A stretch of DNA of 64,000 nt from Octopus bimaculoides (lineage: Eukaryota), in contig NC_068988.1 of assembly GCF_001194135.2 (NCBI RefSeq), positions 33,988,329 to 34,052,328 on the forward strand, given 5' to 3'. Below are positions 27,496-38,470 of the stretch, piece by piece; position 1 is the first letter of the stretch; the number at the start of each line of letters is the position of its first letter. Position numbers and translations under genes: made by a program. The notes under the pieces were generated by a model that saw nothing but the letters and a program-made list of their open reading frames with translations, made no database searches and was not told the DNA's origin.

Positions 27496-29419
27496 TTGCT
27501 TGGAGACATGGATATATAGCGTATTTTATAAATATGCCTAGTTAAAGTATCATAAAGCATGAGACTATTAATAGCTTTGTCTGTTGTTTATTAAATTGAA
27601 GTATATGCATATATATATATATANNNNNNNNNNNNNNNNNNNNNNNNNNNNNNNNNNNNNNNNNNNNNNNNNNNNNNNNNNNNNNNNNNNNNNNNNNNNN
27701 NNNNNNNNNNNNNNNNNNNNNNNNNNNNNNNNNNNNNNNNNNNNNNNNNNNNNNNNNNNNNNNNNNNNNNNNNNNNNNNNNNNNNNNNNNNNNNNNNNNN
27801 NNNNNNNNNNNNNNNNNNNNNNNNNNNNNNNNNNNNNNNNNNNNNNNNNNNNNNNNNNNNNNNNNNNNNNNNNNNNNNNNNNNNNNNNNNNNNNNNNNNN
27901 NNNNNNNNNNNNNNNNNNNNNNNNNNNNNNNNNNNNNNNNNNNNNNNNNNNNNNNNNNNNNNNNNNNNNNNNNNNNNNNNNNNNNNNNNNNNNNNNNNNN
28001 NNNNNNNNNNNNNNNNNNNNNNNNNNNNNNNNNNNNNNNNNNNNNNNNNNNNNNNNNNNNNNNNNNNNNNNNNNNNNNNNNNNNNNNNNNNNNNNNNNNN
28101 NNNNNNNNNNNNNNNNNNNNNNNNNNNNNNNNNNNNNNNNNNNNNNNNNNNNNNNNNNNNNNNNNNNNNNNNNNNNNNNNNNNNNNNNNNNNNNNNNNNN
28201 NNNNNNNNNNNNAAAATGGATGGTACAATGAAATAAATATTGAATGTCTTATTGAATATATGGAATATGTCTTATTGAACAGATGAAATATTGAGTGTTC
28301 AATATAAAGGATTAAATATATAAAGGCGAATACGTATTTTCTATACCTTGTGGTATTTCATCATGGCCGGTATGACAGACTATCGACTCTACGACTCTAC
28401 GACTACCAGCATCGTCCTCGCCACCAGCTTCGCCAACATAGTCAACACGACTTTAACTACGAACAACATGATTTCTACGTACACCAGCAACCAAACTACC
28501 GCGGCACATCTCTCTCTCTCTCTCTCTTCGATTCTGTTTGTGTGATTCATCTTCACCACGAAATAACAGCCCAGAGTTCAACCTGCGACGAACATCTGTA
28601 TAACAAGAACCCGGCCCGGCATGGAAGCCAGAACATCACAACTAGTGATCGCCCTGCCACACACACGCCTCAACTTCTTACACATACAGACCCTTCCTAT
28701 TGTGTACTCAACAAACCGGCAAATGCTCACACGTGTTACTGACTCTTTTTATCTGCTGTATATAACGCATACACATACATGTATCACTCACACAAACTCT
28801 TTTCTTTATACGACGGCCTGTCTTTTATTATGTTTTCATTATGTCGCATTCACACACACACACACAGACATACATTTTAATGTCACAATAAATATTTCTG
28901 TTATTCATCTTATACGGTTGTTTATCGTCTTCCTTTACTGGCAATTTACGAATTCACTAATGTTATCGAAGTATAACATTTTATATGTCATCTTTGATAT
29001 AATTTTTGTGTTCGACCGTGTAACGCGTTTAAATAAAAGGAGTCCTGTTTTTTCCATTCGTTACCATTTCTCCTTTTTGGGTTCGGACGGTCGCTCTTAC
29101 ATATATATATATATATATAAATTTGTGCGTGTGTGTGTGTGCGTGCGAGCGTACGTGCGTGCGTACGTGCGTGCGTATGTGTCTGGCTGTGTGTTGTACA
29201 TACACTCCATATTCAGCATGTATATTAATGATTCAGTACCCATCTTCGAAGCTGAAAGTACCGCTAAATGAGAAAGAAAACGACTAATATCTTAAAACTT
29301 TAATTTCAGATAATTGTATAGAAACAGAATAATGCTAGTGTAATTTCAGTAGTGATTAAACTCGACCATCAACGTATTGACGAGAACATAATAGAACAAC
29401 AACAAAAACAAAAACGAGA

Positions 29420-30590
29420 AGAACAAGAAGGGTTATATATACAACTTATTTGAATGTAGTAGATGGCTTCTATTACAAAATAACCACCATAGGCCAACGG
29501 AAACACCCACTTCAAAAGCAAGGAAAACTAATACAAATAGCCACAAGACACGAACAAAACAAACAAAAAACTGTTTTCCGTCTTTAAGGAAATTGACAAT
29601 TACAAATCAGAAGTCATACTACCTAACAACTATGAAGTAAAAGAAGAAACAAGGAAAGCTGTATAACAACTGAAGTCCAAACTAAATTTGGAACAACAAC
29701 AGATCATGCTAAAACGATGGCAAGAAAACCCCTTCATGGCAAATACTGAGTTAAACTAAACGCAAAGGAGATAGACAAAGCAAAATCCCAACAATAGCTG
29801 AGAAGGTCGGGACTCAAAGCAGAGACGGAGGGATATTTTATTGCAGCACAAGATCAAACCCTTCCTGCCAGAAATTACCAAAAACAAAAAACATAATGAA
29901 AAGTAATACAAGAAGTATCTGCAGAATATGTGGTGATTGAGAAAAAACAATAAATTATATTGTCTGTGTCTGCTAGTCCTGGCTAAGAAGGAATATGTTC
30001 ACAGACACGACAGAGGTGTGACCTGTATATACACTGACAACTATGCCAACACTATGGAATAACAATAGAAAAAAGACGGTATAGGCACACGCCAGAAAAG
30101 ATCACAGAAAATGAGAAAGCAACCATATTCTAGGATATGCCAATACACACAGAGAAATTAAGGTCAATAGGCCGGATAAAGTTGTCAGAGATAACCAAGA
30201 AAAAATTGCCTTCTAATCGATGTATCGATACCAACAAATGACAATGTTTTTCTAAAAGAAACAGAGAAACTTTCAAAATAGAAAGATGTGGAAATAGAGG
30301 TAACTCGAATGTGCAGTCGAAAAGCAAAAACAATTCCTATCAGAGAAGGTGCATTAGATATGATAGAAAATATTCAAGCAAATACAAAACAAAATCACAA
30401 GGACTAACAAGTATATATAACATACAGAAAATAGCAACATTAGGTACCGCTCACATCTAACGTAAAACACTTTCAATATAGTAAAAATAAGAGCATCACA
30501 ACAAACCATAGTACATACCCGAGGGACACAGAGCTGCACTAGGTACAGCAGTGAATGCACGTGATAAAAATATGACTACTGAAAAATAAT
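29420..30590 (+). mobile_element. RLE-type (R4/Dong-like) non-LTR retrotransposon, 5'-truncated, degraded (subfamily 1)
   Basis: Frame-hopping gives YKITTIG..QKQGKLIQIATRHEQNK, MLKRWQE.PLHGKY, GLKAETEGYFIAAQDQTLPARNY, CRICG (CCHC knuckle), KKEYVHRHD, CLLIDVSIPTNDN..KETEKLSK.KDVEIEVTRM (PD-(D/E)xK-type RLE). The 3' UTR is followed by (GAT)n(TAA)n. Confidence 0.9.
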
Positions 30591-30600
30591 AGTGGTAATA

Positions 30601-30650
<50 letters not shown>

Positions 30651-30654
30651 AATG

Positions 30655-30718
<64 letters not shown>
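30590..30718. repeat. (GAT)n(TAA)n tract shared between the LINE 3' end and a SINE-A tail
   Basis: Direct reading. Confidence 0.95.
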
Positions 30719-30890
30719 GTTTTTCTGCCCTAGGCACAAGACCCAAAATTTTGGAGGAGGGGGTTCCAGTCTATTAGATCGACCCGGGTAGGCAACTGGT
30801 ACTTAATTTGTCGACCCCGAAAGGATGAAAAGCAATGTCCATCTCGGCGGAATTTGAATTCGGTACTTAAAGACAGACGAAATACCGCTG
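30718..30890 (-). mobile_element. SINE family A, 5'-truncated, tail-to-tail with the RLE LINE
   Basis: The plus strand reads GGCACAAG..ACTGGTACTTAATTTGTCGACCCCGAAAGGATGAAAAGC..GGCGGAATTTGAATTC..AGACAGACGAAATACCGCTG. Confidence 0.88.
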
Positions 30891-31010
30891 TTTAAAACTC
30901 ATAGGCGATCACCGTGAATTGAGTAGAGAAAATAGCCTAATATGGGGACATACAAGACATCGATGGAAAAAAGTTGGATTTCCGTACGTGTAGGAAACAC
31001 ACACACAGAA

Positions 31011-31053
<43 letters not shown>

Positions 31054-32499
31054 TATACATGGGCGTGTGTTTGTAGTTGTGATTATATGATTATGGGTGC
31101 GTATTATTTATGTCTGTGTGCATGTGTGTGTATTTAGATAGATAGATAGATACATACATACATACATACATACATACCTACATACATACATACATACATA
31201 CTTGCGTACATACATTTGTGTGTGTGTGCGTGTTCGCATGAGTTAGTGTTTGCATAGACTTATCAAAAGTAGATCCCATGTGTACCGGAAAATAGCGTAA
31301 TAACAATTATATGCTTCAGATACGAAGCCATTTTAGAAAATATATGCTTTGTCTTTCAGTGGCGGCTACTTTGTTTATAAATAGTGAAAAACTGTGAAAG
31401 AGATATAAATTATTCACGAGTACACTTTTGAAATACAGACGTTAGTGTTATATAATATTTTCTGTATTTGAAATTAATACACTTATATTATATTGTTATT
31501 TATTTTGCGAGGAACGAAAAAGTACGGGTTTGTTTCCTGAGTTGCAAGAGATTCAGCCAAAATGGCGCGCATCTTTTCGTTAAATCTCTTCAATAGGAAA
31601 AATCTATATCTCATTTGACAAATCTACATAATATGCCTAAAAATATCATTTCTTGCTACTACACTCTACATCTTATTTTTTCTACTCTTATCGTAGTATC
31701 TTGAAGCATTGTATTCATTGTAGTCAGTTTCTTGTTTGTACTATATCTTTTTTTGCTTCTGATTCCTTTTGCATTGTTTTGGTTTTAGATGGTACCCTGA
31801 TCAAACTCTCTAACTTTGTAGGGTACCTGTAAAATATTTTATATTTAGTATTGTAGATTCGGAACACTGCTAGCAGTTTCCTGGTAATTCAGAGTTTTAC
31901 GTCTATCATCATAAAAAAATAACTTCAGATAACTTCAATTGGTAAAACGAACACCTCGCTAACCAGTTTTCTCAGCGTTTAGAGGGAATTGTATTGTTGA
32001 CTTTCGAGGTGTCTTGCATACAGAATATTTGTTTATTTTACTTAAATTATGGACTCAGGTATCATGCATAAGTTTCCCGCTACTCTAGTAAAGATGTAAT
32101 ATTTCTCCTTATTGCAGAAGCTACACAAAAATAAAGTGGCTATGTCAAATATCGGCGTGTATAAGATTTCTTAAATTCAAACGTCGATGAAGACTAGCTG
32201 TTATATTTTATCGCACAGGAACATCACGAAATTAGTGTATTGCGAAAACGTAAGGCTTCACTGAAAAATACATTGGTGTTCCGATTTTAGTTTACATCTC
32301 CAGTGACATGTACCCTCGACATTCTGAGTTAAACTGTAAATGCATGTTTCGATAATAGACATCAGTAAACAAAGCATTTACTGATTAGTGTGAAAACTAG
32401 ACAAACAAGGATTAACAAACCCTCTTCAAATAGTATTAGATTAAATTAGTTCACTGGGGATAGCGATCCATGGGTTTGGAGAACGCCGTTGTTAATGGC

Positions 32500-33090
32500 T
32501 GTCTCCATTGTTTTACCAAGCCATAAAATAATTGCAATAAAATAATTAGGGAAATCGGAATAGTTAAAATTCATTAGATTTTGACAAACCGTGACGTGAT
32601 TCCAAATATCAGAGCATATCACTTTAGAGGGCGGAGAGACTGATGAACGTGGTTAGTGTAAGGGCAAATTCTGGGCGTTAACCTTGAGGTTATAGGAAAG
32701 CCTGTTTTCAGGGCAGGTGGTCTAATTCATTTGACGCAACTGGTACTATTTCTAGTTGGGGCATCTGTATGTTGGTTTGGGTGGTTGGTGGAATAGAATA
32801 CGGTAGATTTGGACAGTTTGACTATGAGTATGTTAAGGCAAAGTGCGAAAATGGAGATTTATCGATATTGCTTGCAGGGCCATCTTTGTTTCAAAGTGGA
32901 GGAAAAGAGAACACCACAATATCGGTAGAAATTCTTTTTGTAAAAGGATCAAAAGATAAGTTGCCGTTTGGAAAAATATCTCCCAATTCTGGAGAATGCG
33001 TGAGATTTTCAGTGTGTGTAGTAAGCGTTTATTTGGGGAGAGGCGAAAAGCCTCTAGTATAAGTAAGAACAACGTTTGTGAGACTAGGGA
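32500..33090 (-). pseudogene. Possible highly degraded Penelope-like ORF segment (linker before GIY-YIG)
   Basis: NVVLTYTRGFSPLPK*TLTTHTENLTHSPELGDIFPNGNLSF resembles the PLE PLVLTYHP..L..IL..H...L..IFP pattern. Downstream there is only a weak PRICPY. Confidence 0.3.
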
Positions 33091-33189
33091 TATTGAGCAT
33101 ATGTTGTGTATAGAATATGAACGAACATGCCAAAAGAAGTTGCTTTTCGTCAGCCATATTTTTGTTTAATGGGTCATATGAGAGGTAAA

Positions 33190-33860
33190 ATAATTGTTGA
33201 ACTGCATAGATCAAATGAAGGTCTCATAATCAGACGAAGGTCCAAAATATGGTCCACGGCTATATCGATTTGGCATGAATCCGGCCTTTTGTGGATGACG
33301 TTAGTTTCTAGAGGTGACGAGAACAAGGCTGAAGAGGATCCTGTGAATAACTTGCCCAGAATGGATAGTCGGGAGATGCCTCTTTTGCCCTACTGCTTTA
33401 TGGAGTAGAGTGTGGCCCCTTACAAAGACCCTGGTAAAGAGAATCGACTGCTTCAATACAAGAGCTCTGACAACCATGGAGAATATCAGATGGTACGACC
33501 TCTTTTCCAGCAAACTACGTGCGCGCGCGCATCAGCCTATCGCCTCTTACCTTGTAGCTATCCGCCACATGGGCTTGTACGGACAGGTCCTTCGCTTCTC
33601 GCCTGATCATCAAGTGGGACCTTACCTTCATTTGACGCAGCAGCTGCGGGCCGAAAGAGGCCCTGTGGCAGGCTCCGTATGAGATGGCTGGACGTGATTA
33701 AGAAAGTTAACCAGAGGCTCGACAGGGATAGAAGATGAGCTGGCACAGAACCGCCAGCACTGAGGGACCTAGTCGGTTCTGCCCACAAGTGAAGCCTCTA
33801 GGACCACCAACCTGGGATGCCCGGCCCCATCAAGCAAAAGCATGAATCAAACAAGTAAGC
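33190..33860 (+). mobile_element. RTE-clade LINE 3' fragment (different subfamily from 19682-20385)
   Basis: WPLTKTLVKRIDCFNTRALTTMENIRWYD..LRARAHQPIASYLV..GLYGQVLRFSPDH, then GRLRMRWLDVIKK and ELAQNRQH*. It ends in a CAAGTAAGCAAGTA-type tail. Confidence 0.85.
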
Positions 33861-34279
33861 AAGTATATTACATGCATGTAGCTCTGCGCGTACATAGGAT
33901 ATGTTCTCCTATGGGTCTGCAAAGTTTGCCTGAATCTTCTTGAGGTGGTCCATATCTGTCGATTAATATTACTTAGTATTACTGTTAATCCCGATTACGT
34001 GTTTTGTGTGATTAAAGACGAAGCTGACATTTTTTATAAATCTCAAGTTTTTTTCTTCTCTTCCTTCATATTAATCACCCATTGTTTTTTTTTTATTTAC
34101 GTCTTCTATTCTTTTGTACTTTTTCTGCCCCTCTTTTCTATTTTTTGTTTCAATATTTATTATTATCGTATTCATTATCTACTTCTTCCGTTTGTTAATT
34201 TGTGTCACTTCTGTTTTTACTAATATCTTTCAGAATACCTTCAGCATCTTCATCACTCTATTGCTTGCTTTATTTCTAG

Positions 34280-34289
34280 TCCTTCTCCT

Positions 34290-34340
<51 letters not shown>

Positions 34341-34463
34341 GTATTTCTTTATGTATTTCTTTATTTATTATTCTTTCCTGTGGGGTCTATTGTAATTAAA
34401 TTTATCTCGTTACTATCGTTATTGCTGCCATCATATTGTTATCAGCAGCAGCACCCCCTCCAC

Positions 34464-34501
<38 letters not shown>

Positions 34502-34688
34502 CTCCACCACAACTGATACGATTATCATCGGTGTCAGCATCAACATCCTCCTCCTCACCATCGTTGTCATCATCATCATCATCATCATCACCTTTATCAT
34601 TATCATCCTCTTTACCTCACCACCACTACCACCAAGACTACAAAAGCCACAACCTACCGTCACCAAATCTACCACTACCACCACCACC

Positions 34689-34734
<46 letters not shown>

Positions 34735-34760
34735 CCAACACCAAAAACTCTGTAGAGTCA
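34280..34760. repeat. (TTTC)n and (CAT)n/(CAC)n/(CAA)n compound microsatellites
   Basis: Direct reading; this explains the poly-H/N/T ORFs. Confidence 0.93.
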
Positions 34761-36244
34761 AAAGTACCGTCAGCAAATCTACCACATCTAAAACCTTTAC
34801 TGCTACCTCTACTACCACCATCGAAAATAATGCTACCGCTATCTTTGTGATTATTAGCTGAAAGTGACACTGCGACACTCACTAAAATACATTATGCTGC
34901 GGAAACTAATTTCACCAGACTGTGTGACACGTTTTTATACACCACAAATCTCTTGGGTGAGGAAAAGAAATGATATCTCTGCACTTGCATTGAAGTGACA
35001 ATGTCACTTCAATACAAATGCATAGACTTCATTCCTATTCCGGTGAATAGGAATGAAGCTGAATCTTATGTTCAGCCTTGACTTGTTCAGGCTTTTGTAT
35101 CATCGTCCATACCCTCCTTCAAAAATAGGAATTTTATTATTCGTTTGTTTTTTATTCATACAGAAACGACAGAATGTCTCAACAGTATTGGTCCTTCTTG
35201 GTGCAGCACGCTTTTGGTAGTGTATTTTTATTTACTTTGATTTTATTTATATTTATTTTATCTTTCATTATTTTTGTTTTCGTTTATTTATTAATTATAT
35301 ATTTTCTATTCCTTTTTATTTTTATTCTTATTTATTTACTTATTCTGGTTTTATTTTATTTTTTTTATTTTATTCTATTTATTTATTACTGTGTTATTTG
35401 TTGTTGCTGCTTTATTTTTTTTTTATTTATTCTGATTTTCTCTTTGCTTTTTTTTTCTTTACAATTTACGGGACGAGCAATTCTCCTATGAGCTAAAACA
35501 ACTGCCAGAAAAGTAGCTGAAACATAACCTCACATAAACAAAATATCAGATACATAAACAGCAATACTAGCTCACCAAGCATTCAGAATACACCAGAAAC
35601 TTGCCAAAATAATCACTGAATATCACAGAGCAAAAGAAAAAGACTTAGAATAGCCAGAACAGTAGAGAGAAATAATGGAAGTATAATAATCAAAGCAGAA
35701 ATAAATACTTTTGGAATGAACATGAACTTATTGAACAGAGAAAAAGCATCTATTTGGTCTCTTGACCAGCTAGAAATAGCAGCCAAAATTCCATGAAGTT
35801 ACACATTGAATGTATTGGTACTAAGTTACTAGCACATAAAAATAATAGATGATCAACGCTGGAATCTTTTGATCATAGGTCTTATCGATGAGAGCTGACT
35901 TGGGGCTTAAATGTTATGACAACCACAGTATGGATACCGCTGTGTGGACACATGATCTGTCAGACATAGAGTCAAAATATTAGTGAAATCACTCTACATT
36001 CTCTAATAACAGCAAGTGGGTTTGGAGTAAGTTATACCTTTGATTGTCGATGACTAATGGAAAAGAAAATGATAAATATGGCCGGAAGCCTATGATCATA
36101 ACTTTGCTCAATAAATGATGGCTGGAGACTAGAAAGCAATCACACCAACAATAGTTGCCAGTCAAGATGAGCATATATTTTATATGAAGCAGATGTCACT
36201 GATGTTTTATTCTTTTAGATATTTGTTTAAAATGTTTGCACAAG

Positions 36245-36420
36245 GCTATTAATTTCAGGAAGGAGATAGGTCGATCATATTAACCCCAATGTTCAACTGG
36301 TACCTGTTGTATGAACTCAAAATTTCAAAGTCAGCCTTGGCAGAATTTCAACTCAGAACGTAGAGACAGACGAAATGCCGCTAAGCATTTTGCCCGGCGT
36401 GTTAAGGAGTCAGCCAGTTA
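36245..36420 (-). mobile_element. SINE family A, degenerate
   Basis: GGCAGAATTTCAACTCAGAACGTAGAGACAGACGAAATGCCGCTAAGCATTTTGCCCGGCGTG matches the copy at 48330-48546. Confidence 0.82.
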
Positions 36421-36580
36421 CGTTCTGGATTAAAATTCCACAGAGGTCAACTTTGCATTCCACCCTTTCGGAATCGATATAATACCTACCACTTGAACAC
36501 TGGAATCAATACAATCGAGTCACCCATTCCCCCAAAATTACTGCCTTTGTGGCAAAATTTGAAATCACTATTATCATTAT

Positions 36581-36621
<41 letters not shown>

Positions 36622-36630
36622 TTGTTGTTG
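36421..36630 (+). mobile_element. SINE family A, 5'-truncated, with (ATT)/(ACT)n tail
   Basis: GAGGTCAACTTTGCATTCCACCCTTTCGGAATCGATATAATAC core, then CACTGGAATCAATACAATCGA and a (CTA)n tail. Confidence 0.75.
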
Positions 36631-36639
36631 TTTTTGATT

Positions 36640-37562
36640 CTCGCTGTTCTATTTGCGGCTGTTCTTTACTTGAAAGCAGGCAATAACAAATCATTAAATG
36701 TTTCAAGTGGTGCCTTTTCCTGTGACTCAAAAAGACAATACTCTCCTTAGAATGCGAGCTGTCACCAACAATCCTGTCTTCTGGACGGCTTCGAGCCTGA
36801 CAGCAGCTCCAATATTCTTAATCTGTTTTATTAAGCTCTTACAAACTGCTCCCAATGCTCCAGTTACCACCAGTATCGCCATTACTTTCCTCGTGCCCCA
36901 TAAGTTTCCTATCCCGTCCTGCATTGGCAGATATTTTTCTCTCTTTTCTCTTTCCTTACCATCGAATCGTTTGGTATTGCAACATCTATTATCTTTGCTT
37001 CTTTTTCATCTTTATGAATGATCACAATATCTGGCCGTCGCGCCTCTATGACTTGGGTACACTGTATGTTAACATCCCAGAGTATTTTGTACGGTTCTTT
37101 TTCCATTACTCCCTCTGGTTTGGGTTCATACCATTGCTAGGCTCTCCCGAGGTTTGCTTTACCGCATAACAGCCAGTGGACATATCTGGTCACATTGTCG
37201 TGTCTCCTTTTGTATTCGCGTTGTGCGAGCTTACAGCACGCACTAACAGTATGATTTATACTCCCCCCCCCCTTTCTCAGAGCACATCCTACACTGTGGC
37301 GAGTCGGTGCTTTTATCAATATGATATTTGCGGTATTTTGTTCTGAGAGCTTATTCTTGAGCGCTTGCACACCAATACCTCTATGGGCCCTGTTAAGTCT
37401 CTTTTCTGCAGCCATAGCCAGGTTCTATTCCAATCAATCTCATCTTTATTCTTCAAGAACTGACTATACGTTTGCTTATCCATTTGCTTTCTTCATCTGC
37501 TCTCTGGTCTCTTTTAAATCGTGTTGGATCTACCCCTTTATTCACATTTAAGGTTCTCTGCA
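36640..37562 (-). mobile_element. RLE-type (R4/Dong-like) non-LTR retrotransposon, 5'-truncated (subfamily 2)
   Basis: SINHTVSACCKLAQREYKRRHDNVTRYVHWLLC (knuckle and RHD motif), KILWDVNIQCTQVIEARRPDIVII..KIIDVAIP (RLE), VVTGALGAV..VQKTGLLVTARILRRVLSF* (stop at about 36727). Confidence 0.92.
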
Positions 37563-37574
37563 TTTTTACTGCTT

Positions 37575-37576
37575 CT

Positions 37577-37647
<71 letters not shown>

Positions 37648-37680
37648 CATTATTATTATTATTATTATTATTATTGTTCA
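37575..37680. repeat. (ATT)n tract, i.e. (TAA)n on the LINE strand, between two RLE LINEs
   Basis: Direct reading. Confidence 0.97.
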
Positions 37681-37681
37681 G

Positions 37682-38110
37682 TAGTTTTATTTTTATAACG
37701 TGCTTTCACTTCACTACCGAGCGCAGCTCTGTGCGCCTTGGGTATGTGCTGTGGTTTGCTGTGGTGCTCTTATGTTTACTGTATTGAAAGTGTTTTGCGT
37801 AGAATGTGTGCAGTACCCAGTAGTGTTTTTGTTATGTATTTGTCTGAATATTTTTTTTATTATACCTAAGGCACCTACTATGATAGGAATTGTTTCTGTT
37901 TTTAGATTCCACATTCGAATTATCTCTATTTCCAGGTCTTTGTATTTTGAAAGTTTTTTTTCCATTTCTTTTAGAGAAACGTTGTCATCTGCTGGTATTG
38001 ATACATCAATTAGAAAGCATTTTTTTCTTCATGATCTTTGACAACTATATCTGGTCTATTTGCCTTAATTTCTCTATCTGTGTGTATTGGCATATCTGTG
38101 TGTATTGAAG
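37682..38110 (-). mobile_element. RLE-type (R4/Dong-like) LINE 3' end (subfamily 1, same as 29420-30590)
   Basis: EKKLSKYKDLEIEIIRMWNLKTETIPIIVGALGII. The 3' UTR AGAGCACCACAGCAAACCACAGCACATACCCAAGGCGCACAGAGCTGCGCTCGG matches 30490-30545. Confidence 0.92.
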
Positions 38111-38127
38111 ATCCGTACCTAAATTAT

Positions 38128-38470
38128 GGTGAAGGCACGTGGCTCAGTGATTAGAGCGTCAGGCTCACAATGATGAGGTATTGAGTTGTTAACTCGAGCT
38201 TGCAGGCCCATTAGAATCGGGCTGTATTGTATTCTTGAGCAAGACACTGTATTGCACGTTGCAACAATCCACTCAGCTGTAGAAGTAAGTTGCGGCGTCA
38301 CAAAGCTATATCGGTCTTTGCCTTTCCTCTGGATAACATCGGTGGCGTGAAGAGGGAAGTCTAGTATGTATGGTCGACTACTGGTCTTCTATAAGCAACC
38401 TTGCCGGGACTTGCACCTCGGAGGGTAACTTTCTAGATGCCTACCATGGTCATTCATGACCGAAAAGGAT
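38128..38470 (+). mobile_element. tRNA-derived SINE family D (CORE/V-type-like body)
   Basis: GGCACGTGGCTCAGTGATTAGAGCG A box, GTATTCTTGAGCAAGACACTG..AATCCACTCAGCTGTAGAAG body, GGTCATTCATGACCGAAAAGGATCTTTA end. Confidence 0.75.

Noticed and set aside
28350-28742. Y/Q/H/D-rich ORF (YDYQHRPRHQLRQHSQHDFNYEQHDFY) considered as reflectin- or cuticle-like
   Set aside because: It lacks the reflectin M/FD(X)5MD(X)5MD motif, runs through a (CT)n tract and fits a decayed trinucleotide repeat.
32769-33062. 97-aa plus-strand ORF
   Set aside because: No recognisable homology; more plausibly antisense to a decayed TE.
35460-35770. A-rich, LINE-like stretch
   Set aside because: Many stops and no diagnostic motif; it cannot be assigned.
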